NCBI GenBank assembly: GCA_964576435.1 | Contig: CAZNUP010000002.1 | Coordinates: 42,112 to 106,111 of the forward strand | DNA length: 64,000 nucleotides | Origin: an uncultured Gammaproteobacteria bacterium | GTDB taxonomy: Bacteria > Patescibacteriota > Microgenomatia > JAMCZE01 | Direction of reading: 5' to 3' | In this document: in pieces, positions 61,518 to 64,000 of the stretch | How the letters are laid out: every line of letters starts with the position of its first letter | Position numbering within the stretch: position 1 is the stretch's first letter | Notes under the pieces: generated by a model | Seen by the model: the letters and a program-made list of their open reading frames with translations, nothing else | Database searches by the model: none | What the model was told of the DNA's origin: nothing | Made by a program: the position numbers and the translations under genes

Positions 61518-62165
61518 TTACGTGTTAACAAAAAACCAGGATCTAAATCTATCACGAAGCATTCCAGGTTTTATTTCTTTAGTGCCAACTATGAAGTAGG
61601 GGGTTATTCCATAAGCTCTTACATAAGCATCAAGAGCCCACCTAACATGATTTCTTTTCTTTTGTGGAAAAAAACAATAGTCGTGGCCTGCTACAATGCC
61701 ACCTGCTTTTACCTTTTTCTTCCAGGCGTGGATATCATCAGTTACATTTGGGAACTCGTGATTGCCGTCAATGTAGACAAAATCTAGTGATCCATCTTCA
61801 AAGTCTTTAACTGCTTCAAGAGATTGTTTTCTGATGATTTTAGAATTGTAGTTTGCTAGTCTTTTTGTTGCCTCGTCATAGATATCATCAAATTTTTTTT
61901 GCTCGGTATCGACTCCTGAAATTCCGGGTTCATAGGCAGAAGCTAGCCAAGGATCAATGGAGTAGAGGAGAAGACTCGGATTTTCTTTTAGAAGAACTTC
62001 CGAATAGATACCTCTTTCAACTCCAATTTCAGCACCGTTTGTAAATCCTAGTTCGGCAAAAAGTTTAGCTAAACTGTTTCTATCGATGTTTTCGATTTCA
62101 ATTGGTTGAGCGGATTTTAAATTCAGCTTGTATTTCTTGGAGATGAAATCCAATGTATTAGTCAT
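61518..62165 (-). CDS. Class I SAM-dependent O-methyltransferase (Methyltransf_24 / TylF-like), paralogue
   Basis: EIGVERGIYSEVL and LDFVYIDGNHEFPNVTDDIHAW...GGIVAGHDY. Confidence 0.55.
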   Translation of the reverse strand: MTNTLDFISKKYKLNLKSAQPIEIENIDRNSLAKLFAELGFTNGAEIGVERGIYSEVLLKENPSLLLYSIDPWLASAYEPGISGVDTEQKKFDDIYDEATKRLANYNSKIIRKQSLEAVKDFEDGSLDFVYIDGNHEFPNVTDDIHAWKKKVKAGGIVAGHDYCFFPQKKRNHVRWALDAYVRAYGITPYFIVGTKEIKPGMLRDRFRSWFFVNT

Positions 62166-62166
62166 T

Positions 62167-62808
62167 TTAAACCCAATCTTCTTTAGTTCTTATAAACATC
62201 CAGCCTGGATTATCTGGGCCAAAGGTGGGGTCTTTTATATCATTTGTTAGGACAAAAAGAGGTCTAACATTGTGGGCATAAACATATGCTTGAACGACGT
62301 CTTTTACATTGACAATATATTTTGTGTGGCTTCTTTTGTAGTCATGACCAAAGACAATTCCACCAGGACGGACTTTCTTGGCCCAATCGCAGATGTCGAT
62401 TGCGACGTTTTTAAAGTCATGAGCGGCATCAATGTAGACAAAATCTAGTGAGCCATCTTTGAAATCTTTAGCAGCGTCGCTGCTAAATTTCTTTACAATT
62501 TCGACGTTATAGGGAGCTAGTCGTTCTTTTGCCTGGTTAAAATAGTTGTTAATTCTATCTGTGTATTCGTTGTAGCCTTGATATGGTTCCCAAATATCGA
62601 CTGCAAATAATTTAACACCGGGGTTTTCTTTACAAATGGTTTCCGCGTGCCAACCTTGGGCGACACCGACTTCGGCACCTGTTTTGAATCCGAGTTCGCC
62701 AAGAGTTTTTGCCATTATGGTCCTATTTATTCCATGGATTTCTACTGGATTTTTAGGGTGAATCTCGAGATTAAATTTTTTAACTATGAAATCAAGTGTG
62801 TCTACCAT
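62167..62808 (-). CDS. Class I SAM-dependent O-methyltransferase (Methyltransf_24 / TylF-like), paralogue
   Basis: EVGVAQGWHAETI and LDFVYIDAAHDFKNVAIDICDW...GGIVFGHDY. Confidence 0.55.
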   Translation of the reverse strand: MVDTLDFIVKKFNLEIHPKNPVEIHGINRTIMAKTLGELGFKTGAEVGVAQGWHAETICKENPGVKLFAVDIWEPYQGYNEYTDRINNYFNQAKERLAPYNVEIVKKFSSDAAKDFKDGSLDFVYIDAAHDFKNVAIDICDWAKKVRPGGIVFGHDYKRSHTKYIVNVKDVVQAYVYAHNVRPLFVLTNDIKDPTFGPDNPGWMFIRTKEDWV

Positions 62809-63290
62809 AGATTTTCTAGATCAACTAAATTACTTAATACATCAGTTCTTCTGTTATCTTCTTTCCAAATTTTCCGGTATTTAAAGAGGGGATAGATCTC
62901 GTGGTAGCTATAAGTATGATAATAGGTTTTATTAGTGTCGTGAATCACAATATACTTTGCATAATTTGCTAAGCGTTTGATGTCGACTTTTCTTCTGAAA
63001 TCAGGGGAATGGTCAACAAGAACAACATCCCAGGGCCGTTCAATGTCCGCTTTATCCCAGTCATCAACATAATTTATTTCGTGATAGGGCCCTTTGTAAT
63101 AGTCAACCCAACCATTCCATTCAGCACTGTTGTCATAGGAAACTAATTTTCTTTTATTTAAGAGGCACCAATAGTGGAGGAAGGGAGTACTAAAAACTCC
63201 AGTGCCAAGTTCCAAAACGTCACCATTAGTTAGCGAAAGAGTTCTTATTAGGGCTGGCAGGTGGGTGCCATAATTAACGGAGACTCTCAT
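62802..63290 (-). CDS. Putative SAM-dependent methyltransferase-like protein
   Basis: VLELGTGVFSTPFL (a GxGxG-like motif I) and an acidic VVLVDHSPDF motif; the call is weak. Confidence 0.35.
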   Translation of the reverse strand: MRVSVNYGTHLPALIRTLSLTNGDVLELGTGVFSTPFLHYWCLLNKRKLVSYDNSAEWNGWVDYYKGPYHEINYVDDWDKADIERPWDVVLVDHSPDFRRKVDIKRLANYAKYIVIHDTNKTYYHTYSYHEIYPLFKYRKIWKEDNRRTDVLSNLVDLENLW

Positions 63291-63292
63291 GG

Positions 63293-64000
63293 TTATTTTT
63301 TGTAGCGGCCGTTATCAATTAGCCACTGTTTATAGATTTTTTTCCAATTATCTGGCCAAGTGGGCATGGGCATAAATCTGTCAATTAACCACGATAAGTC
63401 GTTTGACCTATCCTCCCAATGGTTGCCCATCCAAAATCTGGCACACCAGTTGTAGGACTTTTTAATTCGTTCATCGGTTAGTGGCCAACCTCTTGGTCTT
63501 TGACCGCCTTTATGCATGTGGGCATACCAAGTTTTTTTGTTGACCATAACTTTCCCTTTCCATGGGCCGAGCCAGGTTTTTAAACATAACTCGGGAGGTT
63601 CCATGGCATAATTGTCATAGCCTTCAGAACTCATGCCTTTTAGTGAATTCCAGAAATAGTCTTTTGTTACAAACCAACCGGAGCCGTGCATTTGAATGGT
63701 TTCATCAATTAAAAATTCTGGTTTCCCTTCCCTTTCTGCAGTTCGTTCTGGCCAATGGCCTCCTGCTTTAAAACGAAATCCGTGGCGATCTGTAAAGGGG
63801 CAAGAAAGATAGAAATAATCGTAGTGCCTCTCATCTTGCCATTTCCAATTTTCGGCATCTAAAACATAAAATCTTGGGGTGACTAACCAATTGTCTTCCA
63901 TATCTGCTTGAAGTATTTCATCAAAGCCTTCACCAAACATACAATGAGAGTCTGATTTGTAGAGGTATTTTCCGGTGGCCATTCCGGAAAGAAGATTGAC
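63293..64000 (-). CDS. GT-A glycosyltransferase with D-x-H motif (GT27-like / GT2-like), 5'-truncated by the window edge
   Basis: The frame stays open to nt 64000 (...VNLLSGMATGKYLYKSDSHCMFGEGFD). It has WLGPWKGKVMVNKKTWYAHMHK and is a paralogue of 57422 and 60085. Confidence 0.5.
   Translation of the reverse strand, partial: VNLLSGMATGKYLYKSDSHCMFGEGFDEILQADMEDNWLVTPRFYVLDAENWKWQDERHYDYFYLSCPFTDRHGFRFKAGGHWPERTAEREGKPEFLIDETIQMHGSGWFVTKDYFWNSLKGMSSEGYDNYAMEPPELCLKTWLGPWKGKVMVNKKTWYAHMHKGGQRPRGWPLTDERIKKSYNWCARFWMGNHWEDRSNDLSWLIDRFMPMPTWPDNWKKIYKQWLIDNGRYKK

Overview
This is a low-GC bacterial chromosomal fragment whose gene content suggests a CPR/Patescibacteria-like or other reduced Gram-positive-type genome. 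That lineage call is inference only: competence genes, a sortase, multiple tatA copies, giant surface proteins, and many genes with TTG starts or no Shine-Dalgarno sequence.

- **1-2.1 kb:** the 3' end of an F-type ATP synthase operon (atpG C-terminus, atpD, atpC).
- **2.4-21.8 kb:** one uninterrupted 19.4 kb ORF for a 6464-aa giant protein. It has an N-terminal MerR-type helix-turn-helix domain, a single TM helix, and about 5,900 aa of highly repetitive Gly/Ser/Thr/Asn-rich fibre-like modules with long near-identical DNA repeats. Near the C-terminus is a clear peptidase-S74 intramolecular-chaperone self-cleaving domain of the phage tail-spike / MYRF type.
- **22-47 kb:** housekeeping and envelope genes: a membrane-anchored GH-A-like glycosidase, leuS and argS, comEA, comEC, an AI-2E transporter, a holin-like protein, two HdeD-like proteins, an M16 peptidase, ndk, tRNA-Pro(CGG), tRNA-Arg(CCU), a sortase, an S1-like lipoprotein protease, a PEGA-propeller protein, mreB, a WecB/TagA GT and two HTH_17-plus-partner (toxin-antitoxin-like) modules. 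leuS and argS are each preceded by a T-box-like leader.
- **44.4-47.3 kb:** four tatA paralogues and one tatC.
- **47.4-64.0 kb, all on the minus strand:** a tightly packed array that looks like a protein-glycosylation / surface-glycoprotein system.
  - A 1329-aa serine-rich-repeat (SAS[TV]SAS...) mucin/SRRP-like protein with no signal peptide, and a 184-aa protein sharing its C-terminal domain.
  - Three tandem 371-380-aa paralogues of unknown function, rich in N-x-S/T sequons.
  - Three cytoplasmic GT-A glycosyltransferases carrying the D-x-H and WGxxxxE...H(V/M)FR motifs typical of GT27 polypeptide-GalNAc-transferase-like enzymes, two further GT-like paralogues and an NAD-dependent sugar epimerase.
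  - Five to six SAM-dependent (sugar O-) methyltransferases.

All calls are from reading the sequence and the ORF translations; no database search was run.
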